64,000 bases of DNA from Methanocaldococcus indicus (GCF_049554935.1 NZ_CP186926.1:32001-96000), one strand, 5' to 3'; numbered from the stretch's first letter, positions 1 through 10,297 are shown. The notes: generated by a model from the letters alone, not told the origin. Program-made: numbers and translations.

Positions 1-320
1 GTTAAAATATTATCTGCTATTTTAAGATTTATTTTGGATATTGTATTGGCTGTTGCAGGATAAATAACCAATAAATCAGCATTTTCATATAGATAAACAT
101 GTTCTGCCTTTTCTATATCTACATAAAATTCATCAGATGCAAATTTTAAAGCCTTCTCACCTACAATATTTAAAGCTTCTTTTGTAGCTATACAGTAGAT
201 ATATGCACCATGTCTCTTTAATTCTCTCATTAGCTTTATACTTTCAATAGCTGATATAGAGGATGATACAGCAACAACAATTTTTTTATCTTTCAAATAA
301 CAACTTTTTACATCTAACAT
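1..320 (-). CDS. coaBC: Bifunctional phosphopantothenoylcysteine decarboxylase/synthetase, N-terminal part (runs off the window start)
   Basis: Manual translation MLDVKSCYLKDKKIVVAVSSSISAIES...EHVYLY...YPATANTISKI matches the flavoprotein decarboxylase motifs; not in the ORF track. Confidence 0.85.
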   Translation of the reverse strand, partial: MLDVKSCYLKDKKIVVAVSSSISAIESIKLMRELKRHGAYIYCIATKEALNIVGEKALKFASDEFYVDIEKAEHVYLYENADLLVIYPATANTISKINLKIADNIL

Positions 321-408
321 ATTTAAATCACACTCAATTTTTAATACTAAAATAAAAACTTATAAATATGATTTAAAATTATCTTAATTTAAAAAGAAGG
401 TGATTATA

Positions 409-1173
409 ATGCAAATGGTTCCACCATCAGCTTATGATAGGGCTATAACAGTATTTAGTCCAGAGGGGAGATTATATCAAGTTGAATATGCAAGAGAAGC
501 AGTAAGAAGAGGTACAACAGCTGTTGGAGTAACATGTAGAGATGGAGTGATATTGGCTGTGGATAGGAGAGTAAGTAGTAGATTAGTTAAAATTGAATCA
601 ATAGAGAAAATATTCCAAATTGATGACCATGTTGCAGCTGCAACTTCTGGATTAGTTGCTGATGCAAGAGTTCTTATTGATAGAGCAAGATTAGAAGCAC
701 AAATTTATAGATTAACTTATGGGGATGAGATACCAATAGAGTTGTTGGCTAAAAAAATCTGTGATATTAAACAAGCTTATACACAACATGGAGGAGTTAG
801 ACCCTTTGGTGTCTCCTTATTAATAGCTGGTTTAGATAAAAACAAATCAAGATTGTTTGAAACAGACCCAAGTGGTGCTTTAATTGAATATAAAGCAACA
901 GCTATTGGTAGTGGAAGACCTATTGTTATGGAGTTGTTAGAGAAAGAGTATGATGATAACCTAACTATAAAAGATGGTTTGAAATTAGCTATTAAAGCAT
1001 TAGTTAAAGCTAATGAAGAGATAAATCCAGAGAATATAGATGCTTGTACTATTGATACAGAAACTCAGACCTTTAAAAGAGTGAATTTAGAAGAAATTAT
1101 AAAATTAGTTGAAGAATCTAAAAAAGAATTAGAGGAAGAGAAAAAAGCTAAAAATGAAAAAAGTGAAGAATAA
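409..1173 (+). CDS. psmA: Proteasome alpha subunit
   Basis: YDRAITVFSPEGRLYQVEYA signature; ATG at 409 follows a GGTGA RBS. Confidence 0.97.
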   Translation: MQMVPPSAYDRAITVFSPEGRLYQVEYAREAVRRGTTAVGVTCRDGVILAVDRRVSSRLVKIESIEKIFQIDDHVAAATSGLVADARVLIDRARLEAQIYRLTYGDEIPIELLAKKICDIKQAYTQHGGVRPFGVSLLIAGLDKNKSRLFETDPSGALIEYKATAIGSGRPIVMELLEKEYDDNLTIKDGLKLAIKALVKANEEINPENIDACTIDTETQTFKRVNLEEIIKLVEESKKELEEEKKAKNEKSEE

Positions 1174-1198
1174 TCAATATATATAAATTAAAGAAATA

Positions 1199-1212
1199 GA
1201 AAAGTTTATATA
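1199..1212 (+). promoter_or_regulatory. BRE/TATA promoter of the tRNA operon
   Basis: Purine run followed by TTTATATA about 35 nt upstream of tRNA-Phe. Confidence 0.65.
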
Positions 1213-1246
1213 CTTCTTTTACTATTCCTATTTATGCAATTTGTGA

Positions 1247-1323
1247 GCCGCGGTAGTTCAGCCTGGGAGAACGCGGGACTGAAGATCCCGTTGTCGGGTG
1301 TTCAAATCACCCCCGCGGCACCA
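1247..1323 (+). tRNA. tRNA-Phe(GAA)
   Basis: GCCGCGG/CCGCGGC acceptor stem, CT-GAA-GA loop, TTCAAAT T-loop, encoded CCA. Confidence 0.96.
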
Positions 1324-1332
1324 TCTTTATGT

Positions 1333-1408
1333 GCCCCCATAGCTCAGTTGGTAGAGCGACGGACTGTTAATCCGTAGGTCGCAGGTTCGAGTCCTGCTGG
1401 GGGCGCCA
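1333..1408 (+). tRNA. tRNA-Asn(GTT)
   Basis: Cloverleaf, CT-GTT-AA loop, encoded CCA. Confidence 0.96.
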
Positions 1409-1424
1409 ATTTTATTTTTTATGT

Positions 1425-1499
1425 GGGCCCGTAGCTCAGCCTGGTCAGAGCGCTCGGCTCATAACCGAGTGGTCAAGGGTTCAAATCCCTTCGGGCCCA
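1425..1499 (+). tRNA. tRNA with CAT anticodon, probably tRNA-Ile2 (agmatidine) rather than Met
   Basis: CT-CAT-AA loop; GGGCCCG acceptor stem is Ile-like; no A1-U72 initiator pair. Confidence 0.85.
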
Positions 1500-1507
1500 C
1501 TTTTTTT

Positions 1508-1582
1508 GCTCCGGTGGTGTAGCCCGGCCAATCATGCGGGCCTTTCGAGCCCGCGACCCGGGTTCAAATCCCGGCCGGAGCA
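1508..1582 (+). tRNA. tRNA-Glu(TTC)
   Basis: GCTCCGG acceptor stem, CT-TTC-GA loop. Confidence 0.96.
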
Positions 1583-1612
1583 CTATATATTTAGTTTTTA
1601 TTTATTTCAATT

Positions 1613-1697
1613 GCAGGGGTCGCCAAGCCTGGCCAAAGGCGCCGGGCCTAGGACCCGGTCCCGAAGGGGTTCCGGGGTTCAAATCCCCGCCCCTGCA
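1613..1697 (+). tRNA. tRNA-Leu(TAG)
   Basis: Long variable arm; anticodon stem CCGGG/CCCGG with loop CC-TAG-GA. Confidence 0.93.
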
Positions 1698-1711
1698 CTA
1701 TTATTTTTTGT

Positions 1712-1785
1712 GGCCGGGGTGGGGTAGTGGCCATCCTGGGGGACTGTGGATCCCCTGACCCGGGTTCAATTCCCGGTCCCGGCCC
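1712..1785 (+). tRNA. tRNA-His(GTG)
   Basis: CT-GTG-GA loop, encoded G-1 and C73. Confidence 0.95.
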
Positions 1786-1897
1786 TTATTTTTAGCAAAT
1801 ACAAAAAAAGTAGTTATTAAAAATAACCAAATAATCCATATATTTATACATATAAATAAAAATAACAAAAATTTATTTTTTTGTTATAAATAAATAA

Positions 1898-2236
1898 TTA
1901 ACATTTAATTGCTTCTTCTGGAGCTCCTAATTTTTTTGGATGTGGTGCTTTAATTACAAAAAACTCTAAAATTTCATCATCCTTATTTTCAATAATCATC
2001 TTTGTGTTAAATGGAACATATACAATAGTTCCAGCTTCAAACTTGTTAGTTTCATCTTCTAATGTTAGTGTCATTGTTCCTCTTATTATTATCAGATGAA
2101 CTCTTGAATTTGAATAATGGCATGGAACTTTTTCTCCTTTTGGTAGAACAATATGGTTTATTATAACATCATCAGTATTAACTAACTTCTCTACTAATTT
2201 CTTGTCAGCATTTAATGTGAATTTGTATGTCTTCAT
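1898..2236 (-). CDS. Cupin domain protein
   Basis: Cupin-like PCHYS...HLIIIRG and GTIVYVP motifs; downstream of hcp. Confidence 0.8.
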   Translation of the reverse strand: MKTYKFTLNADKKLVEKLVNTDDVIINHIVLPKGEKVPCHYSNSRVHLIIIRGTMTLTLEDETNKFEAGTIVYVPFNTKMIIENKDDEILEFFVIKAPHPKKLGAPEEAIKC

Positions 2237-2242
2237 TTTTTA

Positions 2243-2581
2243 TCACCTCAAATAATATAAAAATGTCTCATCATCAGCTAAGCAATGTATAATACTCTGT
2301 CTTAATCCAAAGTTGTTACATTTTTTTATTGTTTCTTTTTCAATAGAAATAATACTTTTTAACAACTCAACTATATCCTTATTTACAATATCTATTTTAT
2401 CTAAGTTAATTGGAATATTGTATATTAATGATTTTTGATATAATTTATTTAAATGTTCATCTTGTTTTTTTGTCAAATCTTTCAAAAGTTTATTATCATA
2501 TTCTTCCAAAGATTTAAATTTAGTAATTATCAGTAATTCAATCTTATATTTAATTATTTTATTTAGATTTTCTTCTATCAT
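2243..2581 (-). CDS. Hypothetical helical protein in the hcp operon
   Basis: Co-oriented between hcp and the cupin gene; no recognisable motif. Confidence 0.65.
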   Translation of the reverse strand: MIEENLNKIIKYKIELLIITKFKSLEEYDNKLLKDLTKKQDEHLNKLYQKSLIYNIPINLDKIDIVNKDIVELLKSIISIEKETIKKCNNFGLRQSIIHCLADDETFLYYLR

Positions 2582-2617
2582 GATATCACATCTAAAAATA
2601 AAAATAAAATTAGAAAG

Positions 2618-4240
2618 TTATCCAACTAATCTTTTAATATCTTCATCAACTGTTGATATTTGTGAGATTCCAAACTTCTCAACTAAAACCTTTATTATAT
2701 TTTCTGATAAGAATGCTGGTAATGTTGGACCTAATACAATATTTTTAACTCCTAAGTATAGTAGAGCTAAGAGGACTGCAACTGCCTTTTGTTCATACCA
2801 AGATATATTATAAGCTATTGGTAAGTCATTTATATCTTCTAAACCTAAAACTTCTTTGAGTTTTAGGGCTACAACTGCTAATGAATAGCTGTCATTACAT
2901 TGTCCTGCATCTAAAACTCTTGGAATTCCATCTATATCTCCTAAATCTAACTTAATGAACCTATACTTAGCACATCCACATGTTAGGACAACAACATCCT
3001 TAGGTAGTTTTTTAACAAACTCTGTATAATACTCTCTTGTTCTATGTCTTCCATCACATCCAGCTACAACAACAAACTTTCTAATTTTTCCAGCTTTTAT
3101 AGCTTCTATAATCTTATCTGCTAATGCTAAAACTTGGTTGTGAGCAAATCCACCAATAATCTTTCCACTTTCTAATGGTGTTGGAGGAGGACATTTTTTA
3201 GCATGTTCTATAACCTCTGAGAAATCTTTTTTACCATCTTTTTCGGGAATTCTCTTTAATCCTGGATAACCAACTTCATTAGTTACATAAACTCTATCTT
3301 TATAGCTATCCTTTGGAGGAACTAAACAGTTTGTAGTTACAACTATTGGACCATTAAACTTTTCAAACTCTTCTTTTTGTTTCCACCATGCATTTCCATA
3401 GTTTCCTTTGAAATGTTCATACTTCTTAAAGAATGGATAATAATGAGCTGGTAACATTTCACAGTGTGTATATACATCTACACCAGTTCCCTTAGTTTGT
3501 TCTAAGAGTTCTTCTAAATCTTTTAAATCATGCCCAGTTATCAAAATTCCTGGATTGTTTCCTACTTCTAAACTAACCTCTGTTATTTCAGGATGTCCAT
3601 AAGTCTCAGTATTTGCCTTGTCTAATAAAGCTAATGTTTCAACAGCATATTTTCCTGTCTCTAATGCCAAATTAAAGAGTTCATCAGCATCTTTTGAATC
3701 AACTAATTTTGTGAAAGCTCTTATTATAAATTTGTGTATTTCTTCATTGTTGTAGTTTAATCTCATTGCATGTGTTAAATATGCTCCAATTCCTTTAATT
3801 CCATAAGTAATAAGTTCTTTTAAAGCTCTTATATCCTCATCTTTTTCAGATAAAACACCTACAACTTCTGGCTTGGCAAATTCTAACATTTCTTTTTCAT
3901 CTTTACAAATAAACTTAGCACATTCTGGGAGTTCTTCTTTATTTAAGTTAGTTTTTTCTATTATTTCCTCTCTTAATTCAATTCCTTTCTTTATATAGTT
4001 AATAACATCATCTTTATCAAAATTCACATTAGTTATTGTAACAAATAATGCCTTTGGAATATAGTCCATTACTTTATTATCTAAATAATTGGATTTTTCA
4101 CAAACATAGCATAATCCTTTTATAGTATAAATTAATAAATCTTGTAGGTTTGCAACTTCTGGCTCTTTACCACAAACACCTATTGTATCACAACCTACAT
4201 TTCTTGCAGCCTCTTGGCATTGGAAACAAAACATCTTCAT
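2618..4240 (-). CDS. hcp: Hybrid cluster protein (hydroxylamine/NO reductase)
   Basis: [10 protein letters not shown]...GVCGK, GHDL, HCEM, GCDG, GQCND and SWYEQKA motifs. Confidence 0.96.
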   Translation of the reverse strand: MKMFCFQCQEAARNVGCDTIGVCGKEPEVANLQDLLIYTIKGLCYVCEKSNYLDNKVMDYIPKALFVTITNVNFDKDDVINYIKKGIELREEIIEKTNLNKEELPECAKFICKDEKEMLEFAKPEVVGVLSEKDEDIRALKELITYGIKGIGAYLTHAMRLNYNNEEIHKFIIRAFTKLVDSKDADELFNLALETGKYAVETLALLDKANTETYGHPEITEVSLEVGNNPGILITGHDLKDLEELLEQTKGTGVDVYTHCEMLPAHYYPFFKKYEHFKGNYGNAWWKQKEEFEKFNGPIVVTTNCLVPPKDSYKDRVYVTNEVGYPGLKRIPEKDGKKDFSEVIEHAKKCPPPTPLESGKIIGGFAHNQVLALADKIIEAIKAGKIRKFVVVAGCDGRHRTREYYTEFVKKLPKDVVVLTCGCAKYRFIKLDLGDIDGIPRVLDAGQCNDSYSLAVVALKLKEVLGLEDINDLPIAYNISWYEQKAVAVLLALLYLGVKNIVLGPTLPAFLSENIIKVLVEKFGISQISTVDEDIKRLVG

Positions 4241-4395
4241 TTTTTCACCAAAAATCACTTTTGTATTTATTATTGTTTAATTATTACTATTTAAAGTTAT
4301 TTGAGAAAAATTGAGCTAAAATAAGAACAATAATTATCCAATATTTTGACTAGAGAAGATGCAATTTTTAATAAAAATAATAAAAATAGTAATAC

Positions 4396-5649
4396 TTAGT
4401 TAATTAAGTTGTAGTATGCATTTTCAGCTTTTTCATAGATATCATCTTCATCTAAATTAACAAATTTTCCATCATCTAAAACTATTTCCCCATTTATTAT
4501 AGAATAATCAACAAATCCATTAAAAGCATATACTAAGTGAGAGTTTATATTTTCTTTTGGATATAAAAATGGTTTGTCTAACTTAATTAATACCATATCA
4601 GCTAAATTACCCTCTTTTATTTCTCCTGCTTTTATACCTAATGCTATAGCTCCATTTTTAGTAGCAAAATTAAAAGCCTCCTCAGCTTTTATAACAGTTG
4701 GATTTAAATTAACTCCTTTATGTAAAATAGCTGTTGTCTTTATTTCCTCAAAAAGGTTTAGATTGTTGTTACTACCACATCCATCAGTTCCTAATGTTAT
4801 ATTTATTCCTTCATTCAAAAGTTTTGGAATTGGTGCTATTCCAGAAGCTAATTTTAAGTTACTTATTGGATTATGAGAGATATGAATATTTTTGTTTTTT
4901 ATAATGTCAATTTCATTCTCAGTTAGATGAACACAATGGGCAGCTATAACTCTAACCTCATCAAAGAAATTAAATGAATTTAAATATTCAATAGGGACCA
5001 TTCCTGTTTTTTCTTTAATTGTATTTATTTCATCAATAGTTTCATTTAAATGGATATGTATTGGAACATTGTATTTCTTAGCTAAATTATTAACCTCTAA
5101 TAATAACTCTTTTGAGCAAGTATAGGGAGCATGAGGACCTAAAACAGGATAAATCCTATCATTTTTTAAATTTTTAATATAGTTTATATAGTATTCTGCT
5201 TTTTTTAACTCTTTTTCTCTTCTTTCTTCATCAAATAAATCAATCATTCCATAAGCTAAAAAAGCTCTTATACCACATTCTTCAACTGCTTTAATTATTC
5301 CCTCTAAGTAAAAATACATATCATTAAAGGTAGTTGTTCCTGTTTTTATCATCTCTACACATCCTAAGAGAGTTCCATAATAGACAATTTTCTCATTTAG
5401 TTTAGCTTCTAATGGCCAAATGTAGTTATTTAGCCACTCCATTAAAGGTAAGTCATCAGCTACTCCCCTAAAAAGAGTCATTGGTATGTGAGTATGAGTA
5501 TTTATCAGTCCTGGGATTGCTATCATATTTGAGCCATCTATAACAATATCATTCTTCTCCTTAACATCTCCAATCTTAGATATTTTATTACCTTCTATAA
5601 GAATATCTTGCCTCTTACCATTTACAAAAACATTTTTAATAGTTATCAT
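4396..5649 (-). CDS. dadD: 5'-deoxyadenosine / S-adenosylhomocysteine deaminase (amidohydrolase)
   Basis: PGLINTHTH, HAPYT, HLNET and GTDG..SNN motifs. Confidence 0.85.
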   Translation of the reverse strand: MITIKNVFVNGKRQDILIEGNKISKIGDVKEKNDIVIDGSNMIAIPGLINTHTHIPMTLFRGVADDLPLMEWLNNYIWPLEAKLNEKIVYYGTLLGCVEMIKTGTTTFNDMYFYLEGIIKAVEECGIRAFLAYGMIDLFDEERREKELKKAEYYINYIKNLKNDRIYPVLGPHAPYTCSKELLLEVNNLAKKYNVPIHIHLNETIDEINTIKEKTGMVPIEYLNSFNFFDEVRVIAAHCVHLTENEIDIIKNKNIHISHNPISNLKLASGIAPIPKLLNEGINITLGTDGCGSNNNLNLFEEIKTTAILHKGVNLNPTVIKAEEAFNFATKNGAIALGIKAGEIKEGNLADMVLIKLDKPFLYPKENINSHLVYAFNGFVDYSIINGEIVLDDGKFVNLDEDDIYEKAENAYYNLIN

Positions 5650-5707
5650 TTATATCCCCCAAATTTATAAATTAAAATTGTTTGATAAAAAGAGTAATAA
5701 AAAAATA

Positions 5708-5768
5708 GTGCGTCAGTTCGCCCATCAATCATCATAAATCAGCAGCTACTCCGTTCATCATCCGCAGT
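5708..5768 (-). ncRNA. Box C/D methylation guide sRNA
   Basis: Minus strand reads TGCGG-ATGATGA(C)-ACGGAGTAGCTG-CTGA(D')-TTT-ATGATGA(C')-TTGATGGGCGAA-CTGA(D)-CGCA; terminal stem; two 12-nt guides; TATA-like box about 25 nt upstream. Confidence 0.93.
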
Positions 5769-5864
5769 TTTAAAATATAAAATCTTATGCTATATATACT
5801 TTTTTGGTAGGAAAAGTTAGACATCTTAAAAAAGCGTTTTTAAAGTTTCCATATATTATATTTA

Positions 5865-5901
5865 GTTTTCATTCTTGTTTTAATAGACTAACGATTTAAA
5901 C
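5865..5901 (-). repeat. Solitary CRISPR-like repeat, copy 1 (37 bp)
   Basis: GTTTAAATCGTTAGTCTATTAAAACAAGAATGAAAAC; 32/37 identical to 24271-24307. Confidence 0.75.
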
Positions 5902-5987
5902 TCTTGGTGTTCATCCTTATTTTATATCTAAACTCCTACAAATATCTTCCATTTATTATCTCATTAATTACAAAGAACAACAAATTT

Positions 5988-6554
5988 TTATAATTTTCTA
6001 ACAATCTCTTTTAAAATGTTCAATTTTGCTAATTCTTCCAAAACTTCAACTTTTACATATGCTTCTTTTAAGTCTTTACCTAAGCACACAACTCCATGGT
6101 TTTTTAGTATAAGAACTTCTTCATCTTTTTTACTTACTGCTTTAGCTAATTCTAAGCTTCCAGCAGGATAATAATCAACATATCCAATCTTTTTTAGGAA
6201 AATTTTACCTTCAGGAGTTAAAAGTTCTATATCTTTATTGATTATTGAAAGAAATGTAGATATTAATGAATGAGTGTGAATAATTGCATTAATATTTTTT
6301 TTATTTCTATAAATTTCTAAGTGCATATTTATTTCTGATGAAGGTTTTCCTTTTATTACATTTCCATTTAAATCTACAATAGCTATATCTTCCTCTTTTA
6401 AAAGTCCTAAAATTGAGCCAGTTGGTGTAATATATACTTTATCATCTATCTTTATTGAGACATTACCTCCACTACCAACAACATACTTTCTATTGTATAA
6501 TAGTTGGCATATTTTTATAAACTCATTTATTCTATCTTTTAACATAATTTTCAC
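5988..6554 (-). CDS. fucA: Class II aldolase (L-fuculose-1-phosphate aldolase family)
   Basis: GGNVS, PSSE..MH, HTHS and NHGVV motifs. Confidence 0.85.
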   Translation of the reverse strand: MKIMLKDRINEFIKICQLLYNRKYVVGSGGNVSIKIDDKVYITPTGSILGLLKEEDIAIVDLNGNVIKGKPSSEINMHLEIYRNKKNINAIIHTHSLISTFLSIINKDIELLTPEGKIFLKKIGYVDYYPAGSLELAKAVSKKDEEVLILKNHGVVCLGKDLKEAYVKVEVLEELAKLNILKEIVRKL

Positions 6555-6832
6555 ATCAATTTATATATTAATATAATAACTGCAATATACAAAATAATTG
6601 TAAATAATCCTAAAAAAGTTAAGATATATCTAATTAATTTTAGATTCCTTTTAAAATCATCCATAATTTTTATGTATGAGGCTGCAATAACAATTAAATT
6701 CTTTTTAAGAATTTCTTCATTTTTTTTAGTTAGTTCTTCTTCAAATTTTTCTAATTTGATATCAACTCTTTTCTCCAATTCTAAAATTTTTTTATTTAAA
6801 AGTTCAATCTGCTCTTTTATATCATCATCCAT
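6551..6832 (-). CDS. Hypothetical coiled-coil protein with a C-terminal TM helix
   Basis: Coupled to lonB and fucA; hydrophobic C-terminus. Confidence 0.7.
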   Translation of the reverse strand: MDDDIKEQIELLNKKILELEKRVDIKLEKFEEELTKKNEEILKKNLIVIAASYIKIMDDFKRNLKLIRYILTFLGLFTIILYIAVIILIYKLM

Positions 6833-6837
6833 AATTA

Positions 6838-8751
6838 TCAGCTTTTTATATCAAATACCAAAGGAATTATCTCATCAATTGTTTTAACAGGAATAATTTC
6901 TATTCCTTCTGTATCTATAACATCTATTATATTTGCTTCTGGAATTATTACTCTTTTAAATCCATATCTCTTAGCCGCCTCTATTTTCTCATTTACTCCT
7001 CCTATTGCTAATACATTACCACTTAAATCTAAACTTCCTGTTATAGCAAAATCTTGCTTTAATGGGATATTTAATAGAGCAGATATTGTAGCTAAACAAA
7101 CAGCTGCTGTTGCAGAATCTCCATCTATCTTATTGTAAGATTGGCTAAATTGAATATATATTTCTTTATTATTTAAATCTATATCCTTTTTAGGGAATGG
7201 TAATTTTCCTTCACTAATAAGTTTTTTAGATAATGCTGATGCTAATGTTATTGAGTGTTTTGCAATATCTCCTGAGATATTTAATAAATGAGTTCCAGGA
7301 TTTTTGGAGTCTAATATTTGAACTATTATCTTAGTTACATCCCCAATTCCTCCAGCTCCTAAAACAGCTAATCCATAGATAACTCCAACCTTTGGAGTAT
7401 CATTTGGAACAATATGTTTATATCTTTTAATATTTTTGATATAGTTAATAGCCACTTGTTTCTCCATACTATAAATTCCAGAGTCAAATACCTTTCTAAC
7501 ATGTTCAGCTTTAATAATAACTCCTTCTTTCTTTTTCTCTGCTTTATAATCTTTATCATCTACCTTTTTTAGTATATCCTCAATTTCCTTTCCTAATGCT
7601 AAGTCATTTGCCATCTTTATAATATTTGCCAACAACCTCAATCTTAAAGTTAATTTATCTTTTGAACCTGCAAGATATTGGGCTATTCTTACAATTTCAC
7701 AACAAGCTTCATAATCCATTGGACATAATTTATTATTTTCAATTTCTTGGACTATAAACTGTAAAATTTTATCTCTATTTTCTAATGTATTGTCCATTTT
7801 ATCTTTTAAAACTATTTTATAATCTATTCTATCTAACAATGGAGCTCTTAAATTATAAACATCATCCATATTTCCAGACATTATTAATATGAAATCACAT
7901 GGAATAGGATTGGTTTCAACAGTTGCCCCAGAAGAGTTAGGATTTCTTCCACTTATTGGTAATTTTTTATCTTGAAGAGCTGTTAAAATATAATCTTGCA
8001 CTTCTAATGGCATAGTTTTAATTTCATCTACATATAAAATTCCTCTATGAGCTTCATGAACAGCTCCTAATATAATTCTCTTATGGGGTGGTGTTCCTAA
8101 TGGTGGCCTTCCACCAAGAGGACAGTGTTTTATATCCCCTAACAATCTTGTGACATTGTATGCACTTGCCTTAACAAGAGGTCTTTTTTTACATTCATAT
8201 AAAAGAACAGGTTTCAAATCAGCTGGATTTATTTGATTTGACATAGCTCCTTTTGAAGCTCCTAAGATAGTAGTTAAAATTATTACAAATCCAAATATTA
8301 AGACTATCATAGATATAGCTGTTACAGTTGCTAATAAATGCTCAGTTGGAATAAATCTCATAAAATACTGAACTCCAAAAATTGCTGCTATCATTATTAA
8401 AATAAATGTTAAAGAGTTAGGTGTTTTAATATCAATTTTAGGAATATCTTTTTCTTTTTCTTTATATTCACCATCTTTAACTTCAACAATAGGCCTCTCC
8501 ATATTTTTTAAATTTGGCTTTGCAATGACATAATAGGGTGTAAATTCACCAAAATCTTGTAAAATTTCACCAACTGCCTTAACTAACATTGATTTACCTA
8601 CTCCTGGCTCTCCTAAAAGAATAACATTTCTCTTATTTTTTACGGCTGATAAAACTATCCTTACAGCCTCATCTTGTCCAATTACTTGGTCTATTAATCT
8701 TGGAGATGGTTTGGGCAATTCTAAGGTTGTTTTAAATTTAGTAGAAAACAT
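6838..8751 (-). CDS. lonB: Membrane-anchored archaeal Lon protease
   Basis: Walker A GEPGVGKS, two TM helices inserted in the AAA+ domain, DGDSA catalytic Ser and EKIEAA Lys. Confidence 0.95.
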   Translation of the reverse strand: MFSTKFKTTLELPKPSPRLIDQVIGQDEAVRIVLSAVKNKRNVILLGEPGVGKSMLVKAVGEILQDFGEFTPYYVIAKPNLKNMERPIVEVKDGEYKEKEKDIPKIDIKTPNSLTFILIMIAAIFGVQYFMRFIPTEHLLATVTAISMIVLIFGFVIILTTILGASKGAMSNQINPADLKPVLLYECKKRPLVKASAYNVTRLLGDIKHCPLGGRPPLGTPPHKRIILGAVHEAHRGILYVDEIKTMPLEVQDYILTALQDKKLPISGRNPNSSGATVETNPIPCDFILIMSGNMDDVYNLRAPLLDRIDYKIVLKDKMDNTLENRDKILQFIVQEIENNKLCPMDYEACCEIVRIAQYLAGSKDKLTLRLRLLANIIKMANDLALGKEIEDILKKVDDKDYKAEKKKEGVIIKAEHVRKVFDSGIYSMEKQVAINYIKNIKRYKHIVPNDTPKVGVIYGLAVLGAGGIGDVTKIIVQILDSKNPGTHLLNISGDIAKHSITLASALSKKLISEGKLPFPKKDIDLNNKEIYIQFSQSYNKIDGDSATAAVCLATISALLNIPLKQDFAITGSLDLSGNVLAIGGVNEKIEAAKRYGFKRVIIPEANIIDVIDTEGIEIIPVKTIDEIIPLVFDIKS

Positions 8752-8867
8752 ACTATCTCACACTATATAATTATATTTTGAAATTTTAATTTTAAAAATA
8801 CTAAACTTTATTTATATACATAATATTGATTAAATAGATTACGGTATATATTTTAGGTGCATGGACT

Positions 8868-9932
8868 ATGGATGTATTTAAATTTATAGAAAAAGAACCT
8901 TCAAAGAAAGAGGTATTTGAACTATTCTATACAGAAGATATTCATGATTTATTTAAAGTTGCAGATATTTTAAGAAAGAGGATAGTTGGAGATATAGTCA
9001 CTTATGTGGTTAATAGAAATATAAACTTTACAAATATCTGTGTAAATAATTGTAGGTTTTGTGCTTTTAGAGTCAATGAAAATGATAAAAATGCATATTT
9101 TTTAGATATTGATGAGATTGTTAAGAAAGCTGTTGAAGCTAAAAGATTTGGATGTACAGAAGTGTGTATTCAGAGTGGATTACATCCAAAAATTGATACT
9201 TACTTTCAGGCTGAAATTTTAAAAAGAATTAAAGAAAAAGTAAATATTCATATACATGCATTTTCTCCTATGGAAATAAAATTTGCAGCTGAAAATTCAG
9301 GTTTAACTATTGAGGAGGCTCTCAAAATATTAAAAGAGAGTGGATTAGACAGCATTCCTGGGACAGCAGCTGAGATTTTAGTAGATGATGTTAGAGAAAT
9401 AATATGTCCAAATAAAATAAAAACAAGAGAATGGATTTCTATAATTAAAAAAGCTCATAAATTAGGAATTCCCTCAACATCTACCATAATGTATGGACAT
9501 ATTGAAGATTATAAAGATATTGTTGAACACCTTTTCATTATTAAGGATATCCAGGAAGAAACCAAAGGTTTTACTGAGTTTGTGCCTTTATCATTCATTT
9601 ATGAGAATTCACCAATTTACAGAGAGGGTTTAGCAAGAGATGGAGCAACAGGGATAGAAGATTTAAAAATTTATGCTATAAGCAGAATATTATTCAGAGA
9701 AAAATTAAAGAATATACAGGCATCTTGGGTTAAATTAGGAAAAAAGATGGTTCAAATTGCTTTAAGATGTGGGGCTAATGATGTTGGGGGAACATTAATG
9801 GAGGAAAATATTTCTAAAAGTGCAGGAGTAAAGTTTAGAGAATATATGAGTGTTGAGGAAATTAGGAATATGATAAAAAGAATAAATTTAATTCCAAAGC
9901 AAAGAACTACACTTTATGAGATTATAGAGTGA
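8868..9932 (+). CDS. cofH: FO synthase subunit 2 (F420 biosynthesis)
   Basis: NRNINFTNICVNNCRFC, PGTAAEIL, NIQASWVK and GANDVGGTLMEENIS motifs. Confidence 0.92.
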   Translation: MDVFKFIEKEPSKKEVFELFYTEDIHDLFKVADILRKRIVGDIVTYVVNRNINFTNICVNNCRFCAFRVNENDKNAYFLDIDEIVKKAVEAKRFGCTEVCIQSGLHPKIDTYFQAEILKRIKEKVNIHIHAFSPMEIKFAAENSGLTIEEALKILKESGLDSIPGTAAEILVDDVREIICPNKIKTREWISIIKKAHKLGIPSTSTIMYGHIEDYKDIVEHLFIIKDIQEETKGFTEFVPLSFIYENSPIYREGLARDGATGIEDLKIYAISRILFREKLKNIQASWVKLGKKMVQIALRCGANDVGGTLMEENISKSAGVKFREYMSVEEIRNMIKRINLIPKQRTTLYEIIE

Positions 9933-9936
9933 AATA

Positions 9937-10281
9937 ATGAAAATGGCAATAGTTTTAAGGAATGATTTAGGTATGGGAAAGGGAAAGTTAGTGGCTCAAG
10001 GTGCTCATGCAGCAGTTGAATGCTTTATTATTGCCAAAAAAATGATTCCAAACAAAGTAGAAGAATGGTTAAGAGAAGGACAGAAAAAGATAGTTTTAAA
10101 AGTAAATTCAGAACAGGAACTTTTAGATATATATAATAAATCTAAATCTCTTGGAATTCCTACATCACTAATTAGAGATGCTGGAAAAACACAACTAACT
10201 CCTGGAACATTAACAGCAGTTGCTTTATTAGAGAAGGATGATATTGTTGATAGAGTAACAGGACATTTAAAGTTATTATAG
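9937..10281 (+). CDS. pth2: Peptidyl-tRNA hydrolase Pth2
   Basis: MGKGKLVAQGAHA, DAGKTQ and TGHLKLL motifs. Confidence 0.95.
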   Translation: MKMAIVLRNDLGMGKGKLVAQGAHAAVECFIIAKKMIPNKVEEWLREGQKKIVLKVNSEQELLDIYNKSKSLGIPTSLIRDAGKTQLTPGTLTAVALLEKDDIVDRVTGHLKLL

Positions 10282-10297
10282 TTTTTTATTAGAGTGT

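Noticed and set aside
1506-1758. ORFs of 73 and 74 aa on the plus strand
   Set aside because: They overlap tRNA-Glu, tRNA-Leu and tRNA-His; artefacts of GC-rich RNA genes
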